Shown one piece after another: positions 40,001 to 49,038 of a DNA stretch of 64,000 nucleotides. The notes beneath the pieces were generated by a model. That model was not told the origin of the DNA, searched no databases, and was given only the letters and a program-made list of their open reading frames with translations. The stretch is from Candidatus Woesearchaeota archaeon (GTDB taxonomy: Archaea; Nanobdellota; Nanobdellia; Pacearchaeales; GW2011-AR1), in assembly GCA_964418095.1 (NCBI GenBank), contig CAYQKM010000001.1, positions 4,173-68,172 of the forward strand, in the 5' to 3' direction. Position 1 is the first letter of the stretch. Every line of letters starts with the position of its first letter. The position numbers and the translations under genes are program-made.

Positions 40001-40669
40001 TTGCATTTTTATGCAAAATTATATAAATCAAAAAAACTACCTCAATCCTATAAAGAGAGTGAATTTATGGGAAAAAAAATATTAATTGCAACAGTTTACA
40101 GCCCAGAGCCTGTGCTTTTAGCAGCTACAAGACTTGGACCAGATAGGATGATTCTTCTAACAGATAAAGAACAAAATAAAGAGCAAGACACCTCAGTCAA
40201 ACTTATCCAAAATTCATTAGGCAAAGTTATAGACATAAAAGTAATAAAAACAGACAATTACAATATAGTTGAAGTAGCTAAAAAAGTTGTTGAGATAATT
40301 GACATGCAACCTAATGATGACCACATTTTCATCAACATAACAAGTGGAAGAAAGACAAAAGCTATAGGACTTTTATTTGCAGCATATGCTAGACATGATA
40401 AAGTTAGTAAAATAGCATATAACCCTGAAGAAGATAAAAACAAAGTAATCTACTTACCCCGTCTAAGCTTTAAGCTCACAGAAAGTCAAAAAGCAATTCT
40501 AGAAGAAATAGATAAGCACCCAGGTTTAAGCATTGCAGATATCTCAAAAAAAGTTGAACTTTCAACAGCAATGCTCTATAGAGCAATAGGGGAATTAGAA
40601 GACCTGGATTTCATAAGTAAAGAAAACGGTTATGAATTAACTGATGCTGGAAGGATTGCGAGGTTATAA
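40001..40669 (+). CDS. Csa3-like transcriptional regulator: CARF (Rossmann-like sensor) domain plus C-terminal winged HTH
   Basis: N-terminal KKILIATVYSPEPV strand and CARF core motif HIFINITSGRKTKAIGLLFAAYA (N-x-T-x-G-x-K-T). C-terminal wHTH (LSIADISKKVELSTAMLYRAIGELEDLDFI). The ORF-track start is a TTG; the likelier start is the internal Met (MGKKILIATVY) near 40067. Confidence 0.65.
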   Translation: MHFYAKLYKSKKLPQSYKESEFMGKKILIATVYSPEPVLLAATRLGPDRMILLTDKEQNKEQDTSVKLIQNSLGKVIDIKVIKTDNYNIVEVAKKVVEIIDMQPNDDHIFINITSGRKTKAIGLLFAAYARHDKVSKIAYNPEEDKNKVIYLPRLSFKLTESQKAILEEIDKHPGLSIADISKKVELSTAMLYRAIGELEDLDFISKENGYELTDAGRIARL

Positions 40670-40714
40670 TATGAGAAATAAAAAAAATCTAAAGATGTTT
40701 AATACACAATAAAA

Positions 40715-43381
40715 ATGACAGACTTAAACTTTCTCAAAGATCTCAATGAGGAAAAGCAAAAGATAGCAAAAACAGATGGAAATGTTCTTGTTGTTGCAAA
40801 CCCTGGAACAGGAAAAACAATGCTTCTCGCCTACAAATTCATTTATCTATTAAAAAAAGAGATTAAGCCAGAAGAAATTCTTTGCTTAACATTCACAAAC
40901 AAAGCAAAAAGAGAACTTGAAGATAGAATAATCTCTCTAATAAAAAAATTAAATATGGACATAGACATCTCAAAGCTTAATGTCCATACATTCCACTCTT
41001 ACACTCTTGACTTTATGGAAGAAGAGAAAGTAGTCTCTTCAAACTTGCTTAGATACTCAATTTACCAATATCTAAAAGAATATGAGATACTAAATTATTC
41101 TGACGAATATTTACTAGAAACAATTGTCCCAAGAATGGAAAATCTTTTAAGATATTTAAAGAGTTTTGGAATCACCCCAGATAAAATTAATTTAAATGAA
41201 TCTAAAAAATTTATAGAAGAAGATGGAAAACTTACAAAACAAGAACTTGACAAATTTGCTGAACACTTTGTAGACATCTTCAAGTATTATGAAAAATCCA
41301 AAGAGAAAAAAGGAGTAGATTATTCAGATATGCTCATAAATTACTTAAATATAAATAACCCGTCAAAATTCAAGTATGTTCTTGTTGATGAGCTGCAAGA
41401 TGTAAATACAATTGAAGCAGATATAGCATTAAAATCAGGAGAAAATTTTGTTGCAGTAGGAGATAAAAAGCAAGCAATATTTGGCTTCCAAGGAGGCTCC
41501 ATACTAAACTTTGAGAAATTCAGTAACTCAACTAATTTTATACTATCAGACAATTTTAGAAGCACAAACGAAGTCCTTGATTACTCAAAAGAAGCATTCA
41601 CTTCAAAAACAAAAGACTCTGTCCATAAAGAAGATTTAAAGAATTTAAAAAATAGAGAAGCAAAACCTGCCCTTAAACCTAAAATTTACGAAGCTGAAAG
41701 AGAAAACACCTACAAAGTTGCTTCTGAATTAACTAGAAAACTATCCAGAGATTATAAGAAAGTTGCAATAATTGCAAGAACAAACTATCAAATAATGGAA
41801 ATGTCCAAAGAATTAAAAAATAGAGGAATAGAACATTCTTCTACTTTCTTCTCAGCCTCAGCAAATGCTAAAAATAAGATAATAGATTTCATTAAAGGAA
41901 TATTAAGCAGAGATGTGCAAATAATAAAGAACTCTATGTTTACCCCTTTCTTCCCATGCACAATACAAGAGGCTTTTAATATAGCTAATCAAAAAACAAA
42001 AACAATTGAAGATATTTACAGATTATGTCCAGAATTTAAAAAACTAAGAGAATCAATAAAAACAATTGAAGATTTAAACATTATATTCAAAGAAAGAATA
42101 ATTCCAATATCAATCAATTATGGAAAAGAGTTCCTACTGTCAGCACTAAATGTCCAAGAAGCATTAGGAGAGGCAATAAGGGTTATTGATGTTCTTAATA
42201 TGAAAAACATAATAGACTACTTAAGATCCTCAGACTTTTTAGTTGATGGGTCAGATGTTGAAAAACAAATAATCCTCACTACAGTTCACAAGGCAAAAGG
42301 CAAAGAGTATGATGCTGTAATTTACATTCCAAGTAAAACAAGAGACACTTCTAGTTTCCAAGATAAGATAGTTGAAGCAATCTTAAAATCTAAAGGAATA
42401 GATGCTAAAGAAGAGCTTGAAGAAGAAGCATTAAGAATAGATTTTGTTGCATTTACAAGGGCAAAAACAAAGCTTTGCATAGTTACAAATAAACTTGAAG
42501 AACACTTAAATAAATATGCAGAAGCAGACACAATACAAGTAGAATCCATTGAAAGCTCTAGTTTAAATGAAAAATCAAAAAGAGCATTTGATTTGTTTGT
42601 AAATGGAGAGTATGATAAAGCAAGAGAATTAATGGAAAATGACAAATCTTGGATAATCTCTTACATAAAAAACCATTTTGAGAATCTTCCACACATTTCT
42701 TTTTCAGGTCTTAATAATGACCCTTATGAGTATCTTATGTACAATATTTTAAACATAAAGAAATTTTCATCTTCATTAAGCATAGGAGGAGATGTTCATA
42801 AAATTGCGAGCCTTTTATGTGAAAATAAAAAATGTGAGGTGGAAGAAGAATACAAACCTTACAAAGAAAATATAGAAAAACTTCTTAAAGAAATAAAAAA
42901 ACAATATCCAGAACTTGATGAAGTAGAACAAGAAGTAAAAATACCACTCTCTAAAATTGTTGAAACCAAAGATGAAATTCTCTTTAAAGGATTTATTGAT
43001 GCAGTATTCAAAAACAAAGATAATTATCTAATAGTTGACTGGAAAACAGACAAGGAAATGAGGAGCGCTTCAGATCATAGACAGCAACTTGAAGCATATA
43101 GAAGAGCATTTTCTATTAAGAAAAACATCCCTTTAAACAAAATAAAAGTAGCTATAGGGTTTATTGGGTTAAGAAGAACAATAAACACTGGAACAATTGA
43201 AAGCACATTTGATGAAAAACAACCAGTTAAATCATCTTTTGAAACATTCACAAAAAAAGTAAATAAAATACTAGAATGGAAAAAGAATCCAGACTCCTTC
43301 TTCAAAGATTTAATGGAGAAAGAATCTGATGAAGATCTTTGGAGAGCTGTTGTAGAGCAATACAAGAAAGAAAATAATTAA
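40715..43381 (+). CDS. UvrD/PcrA-family SF1 helicase fused to a C-terminal RecB/Cas4-family (PD-(D/E)xK) nuclease domain, 888 aa
   Basis: Helicase motifs: I VVANPGTGKT, Ia LTFTNKA, II VDELQDV, III GDKKQAIFGFQGG, IV NFRST, VI TTVHKAKGKEYDAV. C-terminal nuclease motifs: GFIDAVFK ... LIVDWKTDK and QLEAYRRAF (QxxxY). Confidence 0.8.
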   Translation: MTDLNFLKDLNEEKQKIAKTDGNVLVVANPGTGKTMLLAYKFIYLLKKEIKPEEILCLTFTNKAKRELEDRIISLIKKLNMDIDISKLNVHTFHSYTLDFMEEEKVVSSNLLRYSIYQYLKEYEILNYSDEYLLETIVPRMENLLRYLKSFGITPDKINLNESKKFIEEDGKLTKQELDKFAEHFVDIFKYYEKSKEKKGVDYSDMLINYLNINNPSKFKYVLVDELQDVNTIEADIALKSGENFVAVGDKKQAIFGFQGGSILNFEKFSNSTNFILSDNFRSTNEVLDYSKEAFTSKTKDSVHKEDLKNLKNREAKPALKPKIYEAERENTYKVASELTRKLSRDYKKVAIIARTNYQIMEMSKELKNRGIEHSSTFFSASANAKNKIIDFIKGILSRDVQIIKNSMFTPFFPCTIQEAFNIANQKTKTIEDIYRLCPEFKKLRESIKTIEDLNIIFKERIIPISINYGKEFLLSALNVQEALGEAIRVIDVLNMKNIIDYLRSSDFLVDGSDVEKQIILTTVHKAKGKEYDAVIYIPSKTRDTSSFQDKIVEAILKSKGIDAKEELEEEALRIDFVAFTRAKTKLCIVTNKLEEHLNKYAEADTIQVESIESSSLNEKSKRAFDLFVNGEYDKARELMENDKSWIISYIKNHFENLPHISFSGLNNDPYEYLMYNILNIKKFSSSLSIGGDVHKIASLLCENKKCEVEEEYKPYKENIEKLLKEIKKQYPELDEVEQEVKIPLSKIVETKDEILFKGFIDAVFKNKDNYLIVDWKTDKEMRSASDHRQQLEAYRRAFSIKKNIPLNKIKVAIGFIGLRRTINTGTIESTFDEKQPVKSSFETFTKKVNKILEWKKNPDSFFKDLMEKESDEDLWRAVVEQYKKENN

Positions 43382-43455
43382 AAAGTATTTTAAAAACATC
43401 TTCATTCAACATTCGAATAGGCAGGTTAATTCTCATTTAAAGTTTTTATAAGAAT

Positions 43456-44064
43456 TTAATCACTTAAATGGGAAATGTCGTTAATAAAATTAAATCTATA
43501 TCCTTCTTTATGTTTCTCATTAATTTCTAATTCTGTTAAGGAGCAATGTTCAATAAATAATTTGAAAATTGAATCATATAAATCCATCCCTAATAAACTT
43601 CCTATAAACACTTTAAGAAATGCACCATGAGAAACAACAAGGATTGTTTCTTGACTACCCCCATATTTTTCTTTTAATATTTCAAAGAATTTCTTTCCTC
43701 TTTCTCTAACTTCCTCTAAATTTTCTCCATCTGGTGCTTTTCGTGTCTCAAATGTACCTGGCAAATCATCCCAATTAAAATTTTTATGGTTCTTTCCAAC
43801 AAGAGAACCATTATCTTTTTCCCTGATTACTGAAGTATATTCTACAGGTAATTCTTTCTCTTTTAAGATATATTCAGTAGTTATTTTACATCTTGGTATA
43901 TCACTGGAAATTATTCTGCTTATGTTTTCAGTTTTTAATCTTTTAATTAACTCCCTTATTTGAGCAAATCCTTTCTCATTAACTTCTCCATGCTCTTTTC
44001 CCTGTACAATCCCCTCAGCATTTTGTTTAGTTTGTCCGTGTCTTGTAATTAATATCCTTACCAT
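43456..44064 (-). CDS. histidine phosphatase family protein (phosphoglycerate mutase-like)
   Basis: N-terminal ILITRHGQTKQN (RHG catalytic motif); 202 aa. Confidence 0.7.
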   Translation of the reverse strand: MVRILITRHGQTKQNAEGIVQGKEHGEVNEKGFAQIRELIKRLKTENISRIISSDIPRCKITTEYILKEKELPVEYTSVIREKDNGSLVGKNHKNFNWDDLPGTFETRKAPDGENLEEVRERGKKFFEILKEKYGGSQETILVVSHGAFLKVFIGSLLGMDLYDSIFKLFIEHCSLTELEINEKHKEGYRFNFINDISHLSD

Positions 44065-44113
44065 GTTTACCTGAAAGTCTTATGTTATTTAAACTTACCC
44101 GGGTTTGATATTA

Positions 44114-44800
44114 TTAAGAAAATATTTTATCTTCACTAACTCCAAGCTCAATTAAACTCTTTTTAACACCCTCAACAAATCCAGGAGGCCCACAAACATA
44201 AAAATACTTGCTAAAATCGCTTATTTCTTTTTTCAAAAAAGCCTTATTTACTTTTTTATTCAAATACCCTTTTCTCTTTTCTCCTGTTAATGAGAAAACA
44301 ACATTTTCACCAAGCATTTCACTTAATTCTTTCTCGCAAATAATATCTTTGTAAGTTTTATTAAAGAAAAAAAGCTTATTCTTCTTAACTATCTCTTCAC
44401 CTAAACTTCTAAACATACTTAAAAAAGGAGTTATACCTGCACCTCCTGCAATAAATACCCCTTCCCAATTATAATTAAAATAACTAAATGCTTCACCAAT
44501 AATTAACTCTTCTCCTGGATTTAACTCATGTATTTTTTCAGTTATTCCATTAGGATATTTCTTTATTATAAATTCAAGAACTTTTTCTTCTGGTCTTGAA
44601 GTAAATGTAAAAGGTCTCTTCTCATTTCTAAACCTAAGTGTATTTATTGAAACATCTGTAGCCTGTCCAGGATTAACAACATATCCTTCTGGTTTCTCTA
44701 CTATAATTCTCTTAACATCGTGTGTCTCAAAATCAATTTTAAGTATCTTAACAGTTTGTTCATTTATCATCTTTTTTAACTCCTGATTTATAGTTCTCAA
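44114..44800 (-). CDS. ferredoxin-NADP reductase-like FAD/NAD(P)-binding oxidoreductase
   Basis: FAD motif RPFTFTS (RxYS-type) and NAD(P) motif GGAGITPF; 228 aa. Confidence 0.55.
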   Translation of the reverse strand: MRTINQELKKMINEQTVKILKIDFETHDVKRIIVEKPEGYVVNPGQATDVSINTLRFRNEKRPFTFTSRPEEKVLEFIIKKYPNGITEKIHELNPGEELIIGEAFSYFNYNWEGVFIAGGAGITPFLSMFRSLGEEIVKKNKLFFFNKTYKDIICEKELSEMLGENVVFSLTGEKRKGYLNKKVNKAFLKKEISDFSKYFYVCGPPGFVEGVKKSLIELGVSEDKIFS

Positions 44801-45164
44801 TTGCTTTTTTTAAAGATTGAGCAGCCATAGCTGAGCAATGAATCTTAATATTAGGCAATCCTCCAAGTGCCTCAACAACATTCTTATAATTTATCTTCTC
44901 AACTTCACTTAGTTTTTTCCCCTTTGCAAGTTTTGTAATCATAGAAGAGGTCGCAATAGCAGCAGCACACCCAAAGGTTTTAAATTTTATATCTGTTAAA
45001 ATCTCCTCTCCTTTTTTATTCTTCTCAACCTTAATATATGTCCATAAAATATCTCCGCAAGTAGGATTTCCAATTTTTCCAATCCCACTCGCATTCTTTA
45101 TTTCCCCCATATTTTGCGGATTCATAAACTCTTTCAAAACTTTCTTGTTGTATTGGAGTGCCAT
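44760..45164 (-). CDS. iscU: IscU/NifU-type Fe-S cluster scaffold
   Basis: Three conserved Cys contexts: PTCGD, FGCAAAIA, IHCSAMA. Confidence 0.85.
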   Translation of the reverse strand: MALQYNKKVLKEFMNPQNMGEIKNASGIGKIGNPTCGDILWTYIKVEKNKKGEEILTDIKFKTFGCAAAIATSSMITKLAKGKKLSEVEKINYKNVVEALGGLPNIKIHCSAMAAQSLKKAIENYKSGVKKDDK

Positions 45165-45172
45165 TTTAAAAA

Positions 45173-45625
45173 TTAAATTAGTCCCTCTCCTTTTAAAATC
45201 TTTTTATGAGAATATGCTAATTCCATATCCTTAATTTCAGAAGCTTTAAACCATTTAACTTCAGAGGTTTCATCTTTAGGCTCAGCAATACTCTTAACTA
45301 TCTTGCCATAAAAAGGAACATCAATATTATGGAATTTACAATTCTTCTCAGGTAAATTTTCATAAATGTTTTTACTTCTTTTAATTATCTTAATCTCAAT
45401 TCCCATCTCTTCTCTAACTTCCCTCTTAGCAGCATCTGATAATTTTTCATTATATTCGGGTAATCCTCCAGGTAATCCCCAAAAATTAGGATATGAAATA
45501 ACATTCTTATTTCTCTTTCCAAGTAAAATTTCTTTCTTTGAATTCTGAATTATAACAGGAACACCTACTAAAACAAACTTAGGCTTTACAAACTTAGATG
45601 CAATTTTAACAATTGATTTTTTCAT
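45173..45625 (-). CDS. Nudix hydrolase
   Basis: Nudix box GLPGGLPEYNEKLSDAAKREVREEMGIE. Confidence 0.8.
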   Translation of the reverse strand: MKKSIVKIASKFVKPKFVLVGVPVIIQNSKKEILLGKRNKNVISYPNFWGLPGGLPEYNEKLSDAAKREVREEMGIEIKIIKRSKNIYENLPEKNCKFHNIDVPFYGKIVKSIAEPKDETSEVKWFKASEIKDMELAYSHKKILKGEGLI

Positions 45626-45858
45626 TTTTTCAATTTCTTTTTGCTTTTATTTAATTCCTTATTTAATTTAATAATAAATTTATCAATATCTTTATCACTC
45701 ATTCCATGAGCTTTGCACCCATCTTCAATTGTCTCCATTTGAGCCATAGGACACCCAACACACCCCATTCCAGAAGAAAGGAGCATTCCAGCTAATTCTG
45801 GTTTGTACCTAACCAACTCCAAAATATTTGTATTTTTAGTTATCTTTAGATTTTTCAT
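45622..45858 (-). CDS. small CxxC redox-disulfide domain protein (DUF1858-like)
   Basis: 78 aa with a GCVGCP motif. Confidence 0.45.
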   Translation of the reverse strand: MKNLKITKNTNILELVRYKPELAGMLLSSGMGCVGCPMAQMETIEDGCKAHGMSDKDIDKFIIKLNKELNKSKKKLKK

Positions 45859-46046
45859 TTTCTTAATTTCTAAATAATCTAGTATTCATCTTCTTCATAA
45901 AATTCACTCTCTTCTTCTTTGTAGTCAGCATCTTCTTGATCAAGTTCTTCTTCACATTCTGCTTCATTCTTGATATCACAAGAGTGCTCTTCAAACTGAT
46001 TTTTTCTTTTAGCCATTTTTCCTCCAATATATTTAATTGAATATAT

Positions 46047-47207
46047 TTATCTAATAAGAGGGCTTATGCTCCTCAATTTTCTTACAACTTTAATTATTTT
46101 CTCAAGAAAATAATCTATTTCTTCTTCAGTTGTATATTTACTTATTGAGATTCTAAGAGAGCTATTAGAATGTAATGGTCCTAAACCGAGTGCTTTCAAA
46201 ACATGACTTGTTTGAAGAGTATTAGACATGCACGCACTTCCAGTTGAAGTGTAAATCTCTTCATTCTCTAAATACCCTCCAATAGCTTCTCCTTCAATAT
46301 TATTAAATGAAACATTAATATTATTACATAACCTTTTTTCTCCAACTGGCCCATTTAAATTAACATTCTCAATCTTCAACAATCCTTTAATCATCTTATC
46401 TCTTAAATCGCTCATTCTCTTAATGTCCTTTTTACTAACAATATCAACTGCTTTTGCAAATCCAACAATCCCAGGAATATTCTCTGTGCCACTTCTTAAT
46501 TTCCTTTCATGTCCCCCTCCATGTGCAAGAGGAGTAATCTCTACACCACTTCTAATATATAATGCACCAACACCTTTTGGACCATATATTTTATGTGCAT
46601 TTAAACTAACTAAATCTAAATTCTGTTTTTTAACATCTAAGAACACTTTTGTATAACTCTGACAAGCATCAGTATGAAATAATATGTTTTTCTCTTTACA
46701 CAATTTTCCAATTTCCTCAATATCTTGTATTGTTCCTATCTCATTATTGCCATGAATAATGCTTACTAAAAAAGTTTTATCTGTTATTTCTTTTTTAATA
46801 TCTTCAATATTAACAAATCCCTCTCTATCAACATCCAAATAAGTTACTTTTGCTCCTTGAGATTCTAACCATTTGCAAACATTTAATATTGAATCATGTT
46901 CTATCTTAGTTGTAATAATATGATTCTTTTGAGGATAATTTGAGAAAAATAAGCCTTTTAGTGCAAGATTATTTGACTCTGTTCCACCAGAAGTAAATAT
47001 AATCTCCCCAGAATTTGCTCTAATAGATTTAGCAATCTCTCTTCTACTTTTTTCAAGAACTTCTTTTGCTCTTATCCCTACATCATGCTGTGAAGAAGCA
47101 TTACCATATTTATCACTAAAATAAGGAAGCATTTCTTTTACAACCCTTTCATCAACTCTTGTTGTTGCTGCATTATCAAAATATATTTTGTTTTTCATTT
47201 TGAACAC
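46047..47207 (-). CDS. iscS: cysteine desulfurase (IscS/NifS family)
   Basis: N-terminal YFDNAATT, PLP-Lys context SLNAHKIYGPKG, active-site STGSACMS. Confidence 0.9.
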   Translation of the reverse strand: MFKMKNKIYFDNAATTRVDERVVKEMLPYFSDKYGNASSQHDVGIRAKEVLEKSRREIAKSIRANSGEIIFTSGGTESNNLALKGLFFSNYPQKNHIITTKIEHDSILNVCKWLESQGAKVTYLDVDREGFVNIEDIKKEITDKTFLVSIIHGNNEIGTIQDIEEIGKLCKEKNILFHTDACQSYTKVFLDVKKQNLDLVSLNAHKIYGPKGVGALYIRSGVEITPLAHGGGHERKLRSGTENIPGIVGFAKAVDIVSKKDIKRMSDLRDKMIKGLLKIENVNLNGPVGEKRLCNNINVSFNNIEGEAIGGYLENEEIYTSTGSACMSNTLQTSHVLKALGLGPLHSNSSLRISISKYTTEEEIDYFLEKIIKVVRKLRSISPLIR

Positions 47208-47533
47208 CCCTTACACTCTTTACAATTACAATAAGTCTTTGAATGTTTATCAATTAGTTTTAGCATTGGAATTATTGTATCTTTATTAAGAGAGTAAATT
47301 CTTTCTTTGCCTTTTTTTTCTACATTAACAAGATTGCATCTTCTCAATAAAGCCAATGCATGAGATACTTTGCTTTGCTCTACACCTAATTCAAAAGTTA
47401 AGTCTCCAACAGAACTTTTCTTTTCTTTAAGCACAGAAATTATCTTTATCTTAAGAGGATTTGCTAGGTTCCTAAAAAAAATATGATAAGTTGAAAAGTT
47501 TGAGATAATCTTGGGGTTTTTATTTTCTTTCAT
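47195..47533 (-). CDS. ArsR/SmtB-family wHTH regulator with C-terminal Cys cluster
   Basis: HTH region (VGDLTFELGVEQSKVSHALALLRR) and C-terminal CNCKECKGC; directly upstream of iscS with a 13-nt overlap. Confidence 0.55.
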   Translation of the reverse strand: MKENKNPKIISNFSTYHIFFRNLANPLKIKIISVLKEKKSSVGDLTFELGVEQSKVSHALALLRRCNLVNVEKKGKERIYSLNKDTIIPMLKLIDKHSKTYCNCKECKGCSK

Positions 47534-47574
47534 ATGAAATTTATTTCACAAGTATTTATAAATATTGCGGAGTT

Positions 47575-47766
47575 TTATCCTCTATCTGGAAAAATTCTTT
47601 TTCCTGTGTTTCTATAGAACATTTTTCCTAAATAAGTTTTAAAATAAGCAAAATAATCATTATTTGGTCTTCCAATCTTCTCAGTTTTATTTAGGTAGTC
47701 CTCACTATCTAAATTTGTTTCATCTGTTAATAAAACATCTTCTGGCTCAAATTTTTTCTCTATCAT
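47575..47766 (-). CDS. hypothetical small protein
   Basis: 63-aa ORF with no motif. Confidence 0.25.
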   Translation of the reverse strand: MIEKKFEPEDVLLTDETNLDSEDYLNKTEKIGRPNNDYFAYFKTYLGKMFYRNTGKRIFPDRG

Positions 47767-47809
47767 AGAACTTGTATTGTTTTACCTTATTTAAAATCTT
47801 ATGCTTATA

Positions 47810-47880
47810 TGGGCGCGGAGGGAATTGAACCCCCGAATGACGGTCTGGAGCCGTCCAGTTTACCACTAGCCTACGCACCC
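47810..47880 (-). tRNA. candidate tRNA-Trp (anticodon CCA) with atypical D-arm, 71 nt
   Basis: Acceptor GGGTGCG/CGCGCCC with discriminator A, anticodon arm GACGG-CTCCAGA-CCGTC, T-arm GGGGG-TTCAATT-CCCTC. The D-arm cannot be drawn canonically; only CTAG/CTGG-type or 3-bp pairing is possible. Confidence 0.55.
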
Positions 47881-47925
47881 TTGTTTACACTAAAAAGGGT
47901 TTGTTTTTTAATCTTTCTCTATATC

Positions 47926-48501
47926 CTACTTCCTGCGTTTGCCTAGTGTAAATGCTTTATTCAAAATTTTCTCAGCTCTTTCTGGTTTTACTTTTCTCAC
48001 AGAATAAAAACTCTTAACTCTTACAGGGAAAACTCCTATAAAATTAAGAACAAATCTCTTTATAATCATGCTTGAAGAAACAAATGCACCAAAATAAAAT
48101 AATCGCGGCCCACCTTTAGTAAAAATTATTCTTGCTGATTTTCCTCTAAAAAATTGTCTAGGCAAAAGAGACCTCTTTTGATACTTATATGCAAATCCAG
48201 GTAAAATTGTTCTATCAAGAAGCCCCTTAAACTTTGCAGGAACACTTCCCCACCAAATTGGAGAAACAAAAACAAGATGATCTGCCCAAAGAAGGTTTTT
48301 TTGAAATAAAACTAAATCCTTTTCAAGAGGCTGGTTAACTTTATATCCTTCTTTAAGATTCATATCAAATTCCATTTTTGAAAGATACATTATTTTTGTT
48401 TTATTTCCAGAAGATTTAGCCCCTTTCAAATACGATTCTCCTATAGCTTTGCAAAGGCTTGTTTCAGAAGGATGTCCTACAAAAATAAATATTTTTTTCA
48501 T
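47926..48501 (-). CDS. flavodoxin-like fold NAD(P)H-dependent (quinone) reductase family protein
   Basis: N-terminal KKIFIFVGHPS and ADHLVFVSPIWWGSVPA, typical of the Flavodoxin_2/NQR family. Confidence 0.55.
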   Translation of the reverse strand: MKKIFIFVGHPSETSLCKAIGESYLKGAKSSGNKTKIMYLSKMEFDMNLKEGYKVNQPLEKDLVLFQKNLLWADHLVFVSPIWWGSVPAKFKGLLDRTILPGFAYKYQKRSLLPRQFFRGKSARIIFTKGGPRLFYFGAFVSSSMIIKRFVLNFIGVFPVRVKSFYSVRKVKPERAEKILNKAFTLGKRRK

Positions 48502-48525
48502 TATATTAAAGTAAAATTAAGAAAA

Positions 48526-48909
48526 TTATTTCTTGTACTTAACAGAAACAATAAGATAATTTGTAAGAGCAATTAAATGGAAAATTAAGCTCCCAAAGTT
48601 TGTTGCTCCAAGATTATCCCATTTTATTGTTGTAGTTAATACAGCAACTGTAAGCACAACAACTGGAATTAAAGCAGTGTATCTAAGTTTCCACCTCACT
48701 AAAAGAGCCAACCCAGAGCCTATTTCTCCAGCTATAAGTATAACTGCCCAAAACATAGGAGCCCATGAGAAGAGAGCAATATTAGAGAGCATAGCAGAAA
48801 CACCAGATATTTTACTTGAAAATAATTTAGTAAATCCAGATACAAGCATAAGCAAGCTCAAAAGTATTAAATTTACTGCAAATAACCCATTTATTTTTTT
48901 CTTTTTCAT
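48526..48909 (-). CDS. small integral membrane protein (DoxX-like)
   Basis: 127 aa, four hydrophobic helices. Confidence 0.4.
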   Translation of the reverse strand: MKKKKINGLFAVNLILLSLLMLVSGFTKLFSSKISGVSAMLSNIALFSWAPMFWAVILIAGEIGSGLALLVRWKLRYTALIPVVVLTVAVLTTTIKWDNLGATNFGSLIFHLIALTNYLIVSVKYKK

Positions 48910-49038
48910 TTTAACCTCCTTATATCTCTATAACCCAACCAAATCTATCTAAAAAGTAATATGAAACACAATTCATATGTATTTATAAATTTATCTAAAA
49001 TGAATTATACATATTTCTAAAGAGACTAATCTATTAGA

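Noticed and set aside
41095-43365. Minus-strand ORFs inside the helicase-nuclease gene (41095..41283, 41341..41565, 42322..42645, 43075..43365)
   Set aside because: Antisense, Ser/Phe-rich low-complexity translations; spurious.
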